Source of the DNA: Pseudomonadota bacterium
GTDB lineage: Bacteria > Pseudomonadota > Alphaproteobacteria > Rhodobacterales > Rhodobacteraceae
Assembly (NCBI GenBank): GCA_049323795.1
Contig: JBMOOH010000005.1
Coordinates: 2,261-66,260 of the forward strand
Reading direction: 5' to 3'
DNA length: 64,000 nt
Positions 49,403 through 59,043 of this stretch are shown piece after piece. Position 1 is the first letter of the stretch; the number at the start of each line of letters is the position of its first letter. The notes beneath the pieces are model-generated. The model made no database searches. It had not been told where the DNA came from and was given only the letters and a program-made list of their open reading frames with translations. The position numbers and the translations under genes were made by a program.

Positions 49403-50513
49403 GGCCGTCTTCCGCCACCGCCCAGACCTTCTCGCGCGGCCAGGTCAGCCGGACCTTCGCGCCGTTCGGAACCTCGCCCGTGCGGCTGGCGATGCGCAGT
49501 GGCCGGTCGATGCCGGGAACGGCAACCTCGTAATAGACCGCCTCGCCCTCGAACAGCCGCAGCGCCACCTGGCCGGTCAGGCCCGGTCCCGCGCCGTCAT
49601 CCGCGGCCGGCGACAGATCGATGTCCTCGGCCCGCAGGATCGCCGTGGCGCCGCGGCCCTCGGCGATCCCGCGCCCCGGCGTCACCGCGATCCGGGCGCC
49701 GCCCGGGGTCACCACCGAAGGACCGTCGCCGCCCGTGCTCAGCGTTCCGTCGATGACGTTTGCCCGGCCGAGGAAATCGGCGACGAAGCGGTTCGCCGGA
49801 CGGCGGTAGAGCGCCTCGCCATCCCCCACCTGCATCAGCTTGCCGTCGTTCATCACGCCGACGCGGTCGCTCAGCACCATGGCCTCGACCTGGTCGTGGG
49901 TGACGTTGATGATCGTCACGTCGATCTCGCGGTGCAGGCGGACGATCTCGAGCTGCATCTCCTCGCGCAGCCGCTTGTCGAGCGCACCGAGCGGTTCGTC
50001 GAGCAGGAGCAGCCGGGGATTGTAGACCAGCGACCGCGCCAGCGCGACCCGCTGCTGCTGGCCGCCGGACAACTCGTGCACCCGCCGCTCGGCGATCTTC
50101 GGCAGCCGCACGATGTCGAGCGCCTGCGCCACCCGCCGGGCGATCCCGTCCTGCGGCTCGCGCCGCATCCGGAGCGGAAAGGCGATGTTGTCGAACACCG
50201 TCATGTGCGGAAACAGCGCCAGCGACTGGAACACCATGCCGATGTTGCGCTGATGCGTCGGCACGTCGCGCACGTCCCGCCCCTCGATCGTCAGCGTGCC
50301 CCCGTCGATGCCGATGAGCCCCGCGATGGCGCGCAGCACCGTGCTCTTGCCCGAGCCGGACGGCCCGAGCAGGGTAAAGAGCTCGCGCGGGCGGATCTCG
50401 AGATCGACATGATCGATCGCGTTGTGCGCGCCGTAGGACTTGACGACACCGGCCAGCCTGACGATCGCAGGCTGGGCGGACGCCTCGGGAACCGGGCGTG
50501 ACTGCGCGGACAT
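49395..50513 (-). CDS. ABC transporter ATP-binding protein (PotA-like)
   Basis: GPSGSGKST...LSGGQQQRVALARSL, plus a C-terminal TOBE-like region. Confidence 0.9.
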   Translation of the reverse strand: MSAQSRPVPEASAQPAIVRLAGVVKSYGAHNAIDHVDLEIRPRELFTLLGPSGSGKSTVLRAIAGLIGIDGGTLTIEGRDVRDVPTHQRNIGMVFQSLALFPHMTVFDNIAFPLRMRREPQDGIARRVAQALDIVRLPKIAERRVHELSGGQQQRVALARSLVYNPRLLLLDEPLGALDKRLREEMQLEIVRLHREIDVTIINVTHDQVEAMVLSDRVGVMNDGKLMQVGDGEALYRRPANRFVADFLGRANVIDGTLSTGGDGPSVVTPGGARIAVTPGRGIAEGRGATAILRAEDIDLSPAADDGAGPGLTGQVALRLFEGEAVYYEVAVPGIDRPLRIASRTGEVPNGAKVRLTWPREKVWAVAEDGHG

Positions 50514-50523
50514 GATGCCGGAC

Positions 50524-51624
50524 CTAGCGCTGGATCGAGGCGCTGTAGGCAGCCTGCCAGCGGTCCTTGTTGCGGGCCTCGACCTCGACCGGCACGACGA
50601 TGGCGTATTTCGCGAGGTCTTCCTCGGTCACCGGGAAGGCCGGGTCGCCCTTCATGAAGTCCGGCACCGCCGCCTTCAGGTTGACCGGGGTTTCCGCGAT
50701 ACCAGCGGCGATCTTGCTCTGGTTCTCGGCGGTCAGAACTTCCGACATGAAGACCTGGGCCCAGTAGGTCACGTCCTCGGGCAGGCCAACGGGCACATAC
50801 ATCGCCTCGGTCGAGACCACGGAGCCCTCCTTCGGCACCACCCAGGCAAGACCTTCGACCTCCATCGCCGTGCCGACGAGGGTGATCCCGAGGCTGAACT
50901 CGCCCGCCCCGATCCCGGCGATGAATTCCTCCTCGTCGCCGGACGCGGCGATGTTCGCCTTGAGCTTGGCGATCTTGTCGAATACCGGCGCCAGATCGTC
51001 CTTGGCCGGGTCGAGGCCGAGCGTCTTGGCGAAGGGGAAGAGCAGCGAGGGGAAGGTATTGGTGACGAACAGCTTGCCCTTGTATTTCGGGTCGAGAAGC
51101 TCGTCCCACGAAATGCCCGCGGCCAGCGTCACCGCCTTCGGATCGTAGACGATCGGCTGCGAATAGGCGGCGACGTTGACATAGTTCGTCGCGCCCGATG
51201 GCATCGCCAGGGAACTGAGTTCGTCCCGCGCCTCGATCATGAAGGGATCGAGCGGGACGGAGAGGCCCTGCACCTGCGCGGCATAGGCCATCGACTCGAT
51301 CGTCAGCACCAGATCGACGGGCGGACGGCTGCCGGCGCTGACGCTCTGCGCGATCTTCACCTGAAGCTCGTTGAAATCCGTGACGTCGAACTCGACCGGG
51401 ATGCCCGTCTTGGCCGTGAAGCTCGCCGCGGCGCTTTCGCCGTAGGTCGTGCGCCAGGGCCCGCCCCAGGTGCGCACCACCAGCCGCTCGGGCTTGGTGG
51501 CGGGCGCTTCCGGCACCCCGCTCGCCATCAGCGGCATCCCGCCGGCGGCGACCCCGCCGAAGGCAAGCATGGCCGCTGCGCCGCGCAGCACGTTCCTGCG
51601 GCCCGTCCGGTAGGTCCTGTCCAT
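50524..51624 (-). CDS. extracellular solute-binding protein (PotD/PotF-like) with a Tat-type signal
   Basis: MDRTYRTGRRNVLRGAAAMLAFGG... ATG at 51624 with a GGGGGAA SD. Confidence 0.8.
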   Translation of the reverse strand: MDRTYRTGRRNVLRGAAAMLAFGGVAAGGMPLMASGVPEAPATKPERLVVRTWGGPWRTTYGESAAASFTAKTGIPVEFDVTDFNELQVKIAQSVSAGSRPPVDLVLTIESMAYAAQVQGLSVPLDPFMIEARDELSSLAMPSGATNYVNVAAYSQPIVYDPKAVTLAAGISWDELLDPKYKGKLFVTNTFPSLLFPFAKTLGLDPAKDDLAPVFDKIAKLKANIAASGDEEEFIAGIGAGEFSLGITLVGTAMEVEGLAWVVPKEGSVVSTEAMYVPVGLPEDVTYWAQVFMSEVLTAENQSKIAAGIAETPVNLKAAVPDFMKGDPAFPVTEEDLAKYAIVVPVEVEARNKDRWQAAYSASIQR

Positions 51625-51666
51625 CACCGTTCCCCCTGTCGTTTTCCTTGCATCCGTCCGATGCTT

Positions 51667-51685
51667 CCCTGCAATGGTTGCAGGG
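51667..51685. promoter_or_regulatory. perfect 8-3-8 palindrome CCCTGCAA-TGG-TTGCAGGG upstream of the PotD-like gene
   Basis: Read directly, about 45 nt upstream of the ATG at 51624. Candidate operator or leader hairpin. Confidence 0.35.
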
Positions 51686-51779
51686 TCGCGCGCGCAGGGA
51701 CAACCGGAATTGCCGCCGGGGCCGTCCGCTGCGATCACTTAATGGTGATCGGTCGCGCGCCGGACGCAGCATCCGCCCC

Positions 51780-52901
51780 TCACCCGGAAACGGTCATCGA
51801 TGTGCGGAAGCGCATCAGCGCGACGAGGAAGAAGATCACGCTGAGGGCGGCCATCGCCACGAGCTTCGGCCAGACCTGCGACAGGTCGGCGGACCTGTAG
51901 AGCACCGCCTGGGCGAACGAGGTGAAGTGGCTCGACGGCACCGCGAGCATCGCCGTCTGGAGCCATTCCGGGCTGCTTTCGAGCGGCGTCCGCGCACCCG
52001 AGAGAAGCGACATCGAGACCAGCACGGGGATCGCCAGAAGGCCGAACTGCTGCATCGAGACGGTGAAGGTCGCGAGCAGCACGCCCAGTGCCATCACCGA
52101 GAACTGGTAGATGAGGGCGCCCGCCGCGAACAGCCAGAGCGACCCGGCGAGCGGCGCCCCGAGCAGCCATCCCGCGATCACGATGAGCGAGGCGAGTGCG
52201 GCGCCGACGATCACGAGGCCGTTCGACAGGATCTTGGACAGCATGATCTCGGCCGGGGTGACCGGCATGACGAGCAGGTGCTCGATGGTGCCGTGGTCGC
52301 GTTCGCGGATCACCGCCGCGCCCGCGAGGATCACCGACAGCATGGTGGTCATGTTGATGATCTCCATGACCGAGGTGAACCATTCCGAGGTGGTGTTCGG
52401 GTTGTAGAGCAACCGCACCACGGCATCGACCGGCGGCGGCGGGACCGCGCCGCCCCGCGCGCGCGACAGCTCGCGCCCGATGATCTCGCGCAGGAAGGCG
52501 GCGCCGTTGCCGGCCTGGGACATGGCCGTCGCATCGACGTTGATCTGGATCCCGGTGGGCCGGCCTGCCATCAGGTCGGCCTCGAAGCGCGGCGGGATCT
52601 CGATGACGAAGACGTACCGCCCGAGATCCATCGCGCGGTCGACCTCGCCCGCGGCGATCAGCACGGGCGGTCGGAACATCGGCTCCTGCAGGGCGTCGAT
52701 CAGCCGGCGCGACAGGGCCGAGCGGTCGTCATCCACGACCGCGACGGCTGCGCGCTCGACATCGAAGTTCTCGTTCTTGGCGGCGGAATAGACCGCGTAG
52801 CTGAAGGCGTAGGCGATGAGCGCGAGCATCACCACGTCGCGGTGGAGGCTGTGGGCCTCCTTGCCGCAGAGCCGCAGGACACTCCGGAGAAAGCGGCGCA
52901 T
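51780..52901 (-). CDS. ABC-2 type transporter permease (YhhJ-like)
   Basis: MRRFLRSVLRLCGKEAHSLHRDVVML... Large extracytoplasmic loop followed by 5 TM segments. The start lies 1 nt downstream of the RbbA-like stop. Confidence 0.8.
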   Translation of the reverse strand: MRRFLRSVLRLCGKEAHSLHRDVVMLALIAYAFSYAVYSAAKNENFDVERAAVAVVDDDRSALSRRLIDALQEPMFRPPVLIAAGEVDRAMDLGRYVFVIEIPPRFEADLMAGRPTGIQINVDATAMSQAGNGAAFLREIIGRELSRARGGAVPPPPVDAVVRLLYNPNTTSEWFTSVMEIINMTTMLSVILAGAAVIRERDHGTIEHLLVMPVTPAEIMLSKILSNGLVIVGAALASLIVIAGWLLGAPLAGSLWLFAAGALIYQFSVMALGVLLATFTVSMQQFGLLAIPVLVSMSLLSGARTPLESSPEWLQTAMLAVPSSHFTSFAQAVLYRSADLSQVWPKLVAMAALSVIFFLVALMRFRTSMTVSG

Positions 52902-52902
52902 G

Positions 52903-55683
52903 TCAGCGCTCCTGCTTGGGCAACGCGGCGGCGGCCGCAAGAAGATAGACCGCGGCGAAGAGCGCGAGCACCGCCGGAACCTGCCAGAGATCGGCAAGGC
53001 CGAGGCCCTTGGTGATCGCCCCGACGCTTGCGTCCTGAAACCAGGCCGACGGGAAGGCGCGCCCCACGTACCAGGCCTGCGCCCCGAGCGCCGAGGCGGG
53101 GGTGAGCATTCCCGAGAAGTTCATCGCCGGAGTGATGAGCGAGATCGGCGTGAGGAACAGCGCCACCGCCTGGGTCCGGGTGAAGGACGACAGCAGCAGG
53201 CCGTAGCCCGTCGTCGCGGTCACGTAGAAGAGACCGCTGATGAGCAGGACGGGCAGCGAGCCCCTCACCGGCACGGCAAAGACCAGCCAGCCGGCGACAA
53301 GCAGCGTGAGGAAGCTCACGAAGGCGAGCACCACATAGGGCGCCTGCTTGCCGAGCAGGAACTCGATCCGGGTGACGGGCGTGGCGCGGAAATTGGTGAT
53401 CGATCCTGTCTCCTTCTCGCGCACCACGCCGATCGCGGTCATCATCGCCGGGATCAGGATCATCATCAGCATGATGATGCCGGGCACGATCGCCGCGCTG
53501 CTGCGGAAGTCCTGGTTGTAGCGGAACCTCACCCCGATCGACGGCGGCGGCGGCGCCGCGGCCGCCGATGCGCGCGCCGGGTCCGACCGGGCGAGCCGTG
53601 CGGCCATGGTCTCGATCACCCCGCCGATGTAGCCGCGCGCGGTCTCGGCGCGGAACGGCATGGCACCGTCGATCGATATCGCCACCTCGGTCGGCCGCGC
53701 CGCCCTGAGGTCACGCCCGAAGCCGGCCGGGACCTCGATCAGGACCGCGAGCTTGCCGCGCCGCATCGTCCGTTCGGCATCGGCAAGATCCGCAGGGTCC
53801 GCGACACGGGCAAAGTTGCGCGAGCCCTCGAAGCTTTCCAGGAACAGGCGGCTTTCGGGCGTCCGGTCCCGGTCGATCACCGCGTAGGGCAGGTTCTCGA
53901 CGTCAAAACTGATGCCGAACCCGAAGGCCAGCATCAGGATCAGCGGTCCGGCGAGCGCGAAGGTGATGCGGATCGGGTCGCGCAGGATCTCGACCGTCTC
54001 GCGCCGGGCATAGGCCCAGAGCCGGGCGGGATCGAAGGCCGACCGCGCCGCCCGCCCGGACCGCCCGGCGGACGCGAAGGCGGCCTGCGGCGGCGCGGCC
54101 GCGGGTTCGGGATCGGCCGGCTCGGGGGTACCCGAGGCTTCCAGCAGATAGGCGATGAAGGCTTCCTCGAGCGAACCGCCGCCCTTGGCAGCCGCCAGTT
54201 CGGCGGGCGCGCCCACTGCCAGCACGCGTCCGGCATGCATCAGCGACACGCGGTCGCAGCGCTCGGCCTCGTTCATGAAATGGGTGGACAGGAAGATGGT
54301 GATCCGGTCGCGCCGCGACAGCGTGACGAGATACCGCCAGAAGGCATCGCGCGCCACCGGATCGACGCCCGAGGTCGGCTCGTCCAGGATCAGCACCTCG
54401 GGCCGGTGCAGCACCGCGACCGCAAGTTGCAGCCGCTGGCGCACCCCGAGCGGCAGGGCTTCGGGCAGGCTGTCGGCCACCTCGACCAGATCGAAATCGG
54501 TCAGAAGCTCGGCCACCCGCGGCCCGCGGTCGGCCTGCGGCAACTCGAAGATGCCGGCATGCAGCACCAGGTTCTGGCGGATCGTCAACTCGCCATAAAG
54601 CGAGAAGGACTGCGACATGTAGCCGACGCGCCGTCGCACGCCCAGATCGCCCGCATCGACCGGCTTGCCCAGAAGCAGCGCGCGCCCGGCGCTGGCCGGG
54701 ATCAGCCCGGTCAGCATCTTCATCGTCGTCGACTTGCCGCAGCCGTTCGAGCCGAGAAAGCCGAAGATCTCGCCCTGCCCGATGCGAAAGCTCACGTCGT
54801 CCACCGCAGTGAAGGTGCCGAAGGTCTTGGTCAGCCCGAAGGCCTCGATCGCCGCCGGGCCGTCGATCTCCTCGCGCGGGGGAACCACCAGCCCGCCATA
54901 GCCGCGGCGGCGCGGCTCGGGCAAGAGCGCGACAAAGGCCTCTTCCAGCGTCGCCTCTCCGGTGCGGGCCAGAAGGTCGGCCGGCGTGCCCTCGGCGGCG
55001 ATGCGGCCGGCATCCACCGCCACCAGCCAGTCGAAGCGCTGCGCCTCGTCCATGTAGGCGGTGGCGACGATCACGCTCATCCCCGGCCGGCGGGCGCGGA
55101 TGTGCGCGATCAGCTCCCAGAACTGCCGGCGCGACAGGGGATCGACGCCGGTGGTCGGCTCGTCGAGGATCAGCAGGTCGGGGTCGTTGAGAAGGCTCGC
55201 ACAGAGCGACAGCTTCTGCTTCATGCCGCCCGAGAGCTTGCCCGCCGGCCGGTCCGGAAACGGGTCGAGCCCGGTCGCAGCCAGAAGTTCGGCAATGCGC
55301 GACTGGCGCTCCCTTGCCGGAAGGCCGTGGAGGCGGGCGAAGAAGTCGAGGTTCTCGCGCACGCTGAGGGTGGGATAGAGGTTCCGCCCCAGCCCCTGCG
55401 GCATGTAGGCGATGCGCCGGACCGTGTCCTGCCGCGCGCGGCGGTTGCGCAGGTCGCCGCCGAGCGCCGCCACCTGACCTGACTGGGCGCGCCGGACCCC
55501 CGCGATCAACGCCAGAAGCGTCGACTTGCCGACGCCGTCAGGCCCGATGAGGCCGACCATCCGGCCCGACGGGAAGCTGACCGTCACATCGTCGAGCGCG
55601 ACGACCTTGCGGTAGCGGTGGGTGACCCCGCCGAGCGCCGCGGCGGCGGGGTCCACACCGGCGGTCCCGGCCGTGAGGATCAT
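52903..55683 (-). CDS. rbbA: fused 2x ABC ATPase + ABC-2 permease (RbbA/YhiH-like)
   Basis: 926 aa: GPDGVGKST...LSGGMKQKL, GSNGCGKST...LPLGVRQRL, then an ABC-2 membrane domain. Gene order HlyD-RbbA-YhhJ matches E. coli yhiI-rbbA-yhhJ. Confidence 0.7.
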   Translation of the reverse strand: MILTAGTAGVDPAAAALGGVTHRYRKVVALDDVTVSFPSGRMVGLIGPDGVGKSTLLALIAGVRRAQSGQVAALGGDLRNRRARQDTVRRIAYMPQGLGRNLYPTLSVRENLDFFARLHGLPARERQSRIAELLAATGLDPFPDRPAGKLSGGMKQKLSLCASLLNDPDLLILDEPTTGVDPLSRRQFWELIAHIRARRPGMSVIVATAYMDEAQRFDWLVAVDAGRIAAEGTPADLLARTGEATLEEAFVALLPEPRRRGYGGLVVPPREEIDGPAAIEAFGLTKTFGTFTAVDDVSFRIGQGEIFGFLGSNGCGKSTTMKMLTGLIPASAGRALLLGKPVDAGDLGVRRRVGYMSQSFSLYGELTIRQNLVLHAGIFELPQADRGPRVAELLTDFDLVEVADSLPEALPLGVRQRLQLAVAVLHRPEVLILDEPTSGVDPVARDAFWRYLVTLSRRDRITIFLSTHFMNEAERCDRVSLMHAGRVLAVGAPAELAAAKGGGSLEEAFIAYLLEASGTPEPADPEPAAAPPQAAFASAGRSGRAARSAFDPARLWAYARRETVEILRDPIRITFALAGPLILMLAFGFGISFDVENLPYAVIDRDRTPESRLFLESFEGSRNFARVADPADLADAERTMRRGKLAVLIEVPAGFGRDLRAARPTEVAISIDGAMPFRAETARGYIGGVIETMAARLARSDPARASAAAAPPPPSIGVRFRYNQDFRSSAAIVPGIIMLMMILIPAMMTAIGVVREKETGSITNFRATPVTRIEFLLGKQAPYVVLAFVSFLTLLVAGWLVFAVPVRGSLPVLLISGLFYVTATTGYGLLLSSFTRTQAVALFLTPISLITPAMNFSGMLTPASALGAQAWYVGRAFPSAWFQDASVGAITKGLGLADLWQVPAVLALFAAVYLLAAAAALPKQER

Positions 55684-56681
55684 TCCTGCGCCGGGCCGGC
55701 GACGGTCAGGCGGTCCGGCCAGCGCGCACCCGGGTCCGTCCGCAGGTAGGCGACGCCGCGCAGTCCGCTCACCGGCCGCCCCCCCACCCGGCTTTCCAGA
55801 TCCGCGGGCGCACGCAGCGAGACCCGGAACATCAGACGTTCGCGCTCGGCATCGGTCTCGACGGTCTTGGGGGTGAACTGCGCGTCCGGCGAGACGAAGC
55901 TGACGGTCATCGGCAGCACCGTCTCGGGCAGGGCATCGAGGATGACGCGCGCCTCGTCCCCGATGACCAGACGCCCGGCATCGCCTGCCGGAAGAAACAC
56001 CGTCATCGTCACGTCGGCGGGGTCGAGAAGCGTCACGATGCGTCCGCCGGCCGGCACGACGGCGCCGGTCTCGATCAGGCGATAGAGCACCGTTCCGGCG
56101 ACCGGCGACTTGATCTTCGTCTTGTCGAGCGCGATCCGCGCGCTTTCGAGCGCCGCCTCGGCGGCCCGCGAGGCGGCGGCCGCAGCGGCAACGCCGGCGG
56201 TGCGGGCGGCGACACCCGCCTCGGCGGCGGAAAGCGCCTGCTGCGCCATCTCGTGCGCGCGGTGCGACGCGGCGTCCGCGTCGGCCAGCCGCGTGGTGCG
56301 GTCGAAATCCTGCCGGGCGAAGATCAGCGCCGCCTGCTGGGCCGCAAGGTCCGCCTCGGCGACCGCCACCGCCTGCCTTGCGCGCTCGGCCTCGGCCTCG
56401 GCGCGGTCGGCGGCGGCCCTGGCCGGCACGGCGTCCAGTTCTGCAACGAGCTGGTCGCGCGCCACCCGGTCGCCTTCGTCCACGGCGATGACCGCGACAC
56501 GGCCCTCGATCTCGGTCGCCACGTCCACCGTGGCGGCCTCGATCCGGCCGTTGGTGCTGACGAGTCCGGCGGGCAGCCGGGCGGCGGCCGCGTCGCTCCA
56601 GGCCGTCCAGCCGGCCCAGCCGGCAAGGCCCAGAACCGCCGCCGCGGTCACACCGAGAACCATTGGCTTCAGCTTCGGCAC
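55680..56681 (-). CDS. HlyD-family membrane fusion protein (YhiI-like)
   Basis: N-terminal TM, an Ala-rich coiled coil and a beta-barrel C-terminus. GTG at 56681 with a GGAGAGGAAGAAA SD. The stop overlaps the next ATG. Confidence 0.8.
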   Translation of the reverse strand: MPKLKPMVLGVTAAAVLGLAGWAGWTAWSDAAAARLPAGLVSTNGRIEAATVDVATEIEGRVAVIAVDEGDRVARDQLVAELDAVPARAAADRAEAEAERARQAVAVAEADLAAQQAALIFARQDFDRTTRLADADAASHRAHEMAQQALSAAEAGVAARTAGVAAAAAASRAAEAALESARIALDKTKIKSPVAGTVLYRLIETGAVVPAGGRIVTLLDPADVTMTVFLPAGDAGRLVIGDEARVILDALPETVLPMTVSFVSPDAQFTPKTVETDAERERLMFRVSLRAPADLESRVGGRPVSGLRGVAYLRTDPGARWPDRLTVAGPAQE

Positions 56682-56694
56682 TTTCTTCCTCTCC

Positions 56695-56726
56695 GTCCGC
56701 GTGTCTGCGAGAGTCCGCGTGTCTGC
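56695..56726. promoter_or_regulatory. two identical 14-bp direct repeats (gtccgcgtgtctgc, 18-bp period) abutting the SD of the HlyD-family gene
   Basis: Read directly: 56695-56708 and 56713-56726. Confidence 0.4.
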
Positions 56727-56757
56727 CGTGCCGGCCGTTCCGGAACGGCCGGCACGG
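56726..56757. terminator. perfect 32-nt palindrome (16-bp arms, no loop) ccgtgccggccgttcc|ggaacggccggcacgg
   Basis: Read directly. Lies about 100 nt downstream of cutG and upstream of the HlyD-family gene. Probably the cutFOG terminator or insulator. No U-tract. Confidence 0.5.
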
Positions 56758-56853
56758 CGGTCCGCCGCGCTTCCCTCTTAGAACATGGCGCGCCCGAGCG
56801 CCATTGCCGCTCCGGTGTCCGGACGCAGCGTCGCGCCGGCCGCGCGCCGGACG

Positions 56854-57384
56854 CTAGAGAAGCGACCGGATCTGGCCGAGGGAGGCGTCGGACGTCCAGT
56901 CAAACGGGCCCTGCAGGCGCCCGATTTCCCGCGACTGCCGGTCGATGAGCAACGTGGTCGGGAGTCCGAGGAACCCGAAGGCAAGCCCGGCGCGGAGCGG
57001 CTCGGACCAGTAGAGCGGCAGGTTCCGCAACCCGATCTCGTCGTAGAAGCGGCGGCCGGTGCCGATGCCCGATTCATCGATGCAGATCGGCAGCACCATG
57101 AAATCGGCGCCGCCGAGCATGCCCTGCAGCGCGTCGAGATCGGGCATTTCCTTGCGGCAGGGCGGGCACCACGTCGCCCAGAGGTTCAGAAGGACGACAC
57201 GCCCGGCGAAATCGCCGAGCTGCCGGGTGCGTCCGTCCTCGTCGAGGATCGGGGGGGAAAGCAGGGCCTGCCCCTCCTGGCGCAACCGGAACGGCGGGCG
57301 CGCCTCGGCAGGTCGGGCGATGAGCGGAAGGGCCAGCGCGGCCAGCACCCCCGGGACGGCACGGCGGCCGATGCGAGCGGACAT
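56854..57384 (-). CDS. cutG: thioredoxin-fold TlpA-like periplasmic protein in the cutG position
   Basis: Signal sequence then VVLLNLWATWCPPCRKEMPDL. ATG at 57384 with a GGGAGGAA SD. Third gene after cutF and cutO. Confidence 0.65.
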   Translation of the reverse strand: MSARIGRRAVPGVLAALALPLIARPAEARPPFRLRQEGQALLSPPILDEDGRTRQLGDFAGRVVLLNLWATWCPPCRKEMPDLDALQGMLGGADFMVLPICIDESGIGTGRRFYDEIGLRNLPLYWSEPLRAGLAFGFLGLPTTLLIDRQSREIGRLQGPFDWTSDASLGQIRSLL

Positions 57385-57458
57385 GGTGTTCCTCCCTCGT
57401 GGTCTGCCCGGACCCGCGGCGGCCGCCGCGGGTCCGGGCAGGGTCGGACCGCTTCCGA

Positions 57459-58979
57459 TCAGGCAGAGACCGCAAGCTCGGTCATCATGCCCGACTCGAG
57501 GTGCGGCATGTGGTGGCAGTGAAGCACCCACCGCGCCGCCTCGCCTGCGTCGAACGCGATGGTCATCGCCGTCATCGGGGGCACATGCACGGTATCCCGG
57601 ACCGCGCCCGCGAACCGGTTCGCGCCGATGCCGACGACCTGGAAGGCGTGGCCGTGCAGGTGCATCGGGTGCGCCATCATCGACATGTTGCTGAACGCGA
57701 TTTCGACCCGCTCGCCGGACTTCGCCGTCACCGGGACATGCCTGCCCCAGCCCTGGCCGTTGATCGTCCAGGCATAGGGCATCATCGTGCCGCCGAGCAC
57801 CAGCGTCGGCTGCGCGGTCGGCGCGCGGTCCGGCAGGGGGGCGAGCGCGCGCAGCGAGGCTTCCTGCGTCAGATCGGCGCTGAAGGCCGGGGCATCGGCC
57901 TCTCCCTTCTCGGCGATCCTCGTGACCGTCGCGCCGGGCGTGGCGAGGATCAGGCCGGTCCGGTCGGATTCGCCCTCGCGCAGGGCGAGGACCGGGAACG
58001 CCCCCCCGTCGCGCGGCAGGTCCAGCTCGATGTCGAGGCGCTGGCCCATGGCAAGTCCGAAGCGGTTGCCCGGAAGCGGCTGCACCGGCTCGCCGTCCAC
58101 CGCGACCAGACGGCCCTGGACGGCCCCGGTGTCGATCCAGAACGAAGTCGCCGCGGCGGCGTTGATGACCCGGACGAGAACCCGCCCGCCCTTCTCGACC
58201 TGCACGACCTCGGGGTCGTACAGCGTGCGTTCATTGGCGAGATAGGCGTCGAAGTCGTAGTCGTTGAGGTCCATCTCCATGCCGCCCGGGCCGGACATGG
58301 ACATCGCGCCGCCTCCCGCAGCGGCGCCCGACCCGCCCATGTCCATGCCACCCATGTCCATGCCCTGCATGTTCATGCCGCCCATGGCCATGCCGCTCAT
58401 GTCGCCGGGATCGGCCTTCGCTTCGCCGGTCTCCATCGAGGTGCCGCTGAAGATCCTCTTCAGGACCACGTCCGGCGGATCGAAGGCATAGTCATGGAGG
58501 AACATCGTCACTTCCTGCCGGTCGGCCGCCACATCCTCGGGGCGGCGGACGATCAGCGGCGCGGCAAGAAGCAGCATCTCGTGCGTGGCGATGTGGGCAT
58601 GCATCCAGTGCGTGCCCGCCCGCGCCGGGAAGTCGTAGCTGCGCGTCTCGCCGGGCTGGAGCACCGGCATCGGGATGTCCGGGACACCGTCCTGCATGTT
58701 GGGGGGAATCTGGCCGTGCCAGTGGATGATGGTCGGCTCGGCGAGCGCGTTCGTCAGGTCCACCGCGAAGGCCTGGCCCGGCTCGAGGACGAGCCCCGAC
58801 CGGCCCTGCGCGTCGAGAAGTCCCCAGACCGTCGCCGCGCGCCCCCGCACGTCGATGGTGCGGGTGGTGGCCGAAAGCGTCATCCGGGCCGACTGGGCGC
58901 GGACGCGGGCGGGAAGCACGAGGGCGGCCGCAGTGGCCGTAGAAGCCGCAAGAAAGCCGCGGCGAGTGATGAGCGACAT
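57459..58979 (-). CDS. cutO: Tat-exported multicopper oxidase (CutO/CueO/CopA-MCO type) with a Met-rich insert
   Basis: MSLITRRGFLAAS; copper-site motifs HWHG, HWMHAH, HPMHLHGH and HCHHMPHLESGMM; Met-rich MSGMAMGGMNMQGMDMGGMDMGG. ATG at 58979 with an AAGGAGA SD. Confidence 0.9.
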   Translation of the reverse strand: MSLITRRGFLAASTATAAALVLPARVRAQSARMTLSATTRTIDVRGRAATVWGLLDAQGRSGLVLEPGQAFAVDLTNALAEPTIIHWHGQIPPNMQDGVPDIPMPVLQPGETRSYDFPARAGTHWMHAHIATHEMLLLAAPLIVRRPEDVAADRQEVTMFLHDYAFDPPDVVLKRIFSGTSMETGEAKADPGDMSGMAMGGMNMQGMDMGGMDMGGSGAAAGGGAMSMSGPGGMEMDLNDYDFDAYLANERTLYDPEVVQVEKGGRVLVRVINAAAATSFWIDTGAVQGRLVAVDGEPVQPLPGNRFGLAMGQRLDIELDLPRDGGAFPVLALREGESDRTGLILATPGATVTRIAEKGEADAPAFSADLTQEASLRALAPLPDRAPTAQPTLVLGGTMMPYAWTINGQGWGRHVPVTAKSGERVEIAFSNMSMMAHPMHLHGHAFQVVGIGANRFAGAVRDTVHVPPMTAMTIAFDAGEAARWVLHCHHMPHLESGMMTELAVSA

Positions 58980-59015
58980 GTTGATCTCCTTTGGGGTCGC
59001 AGGTTGTCCAGAAGG

Positions 59016-59034
59016 CCGGCCCGTTGCGGGCCGG
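59016..59034 (-). promoter_or_regulatory. GC-rich stem-loop (8-bp stem CCGGCCCG/CGGGCCGG, 3-nt loop) in the cutF-cutO intergenic leader
   Basis: Read directly, between the cutF stop (59044) and the cutO SD. An mRNA stem-loop at this position is reported to mediate Cu-dependent cutO expression in R. capsulatus. Confidence 0.55.
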
Positions 59035-59043
59035 ACCGGCGGG

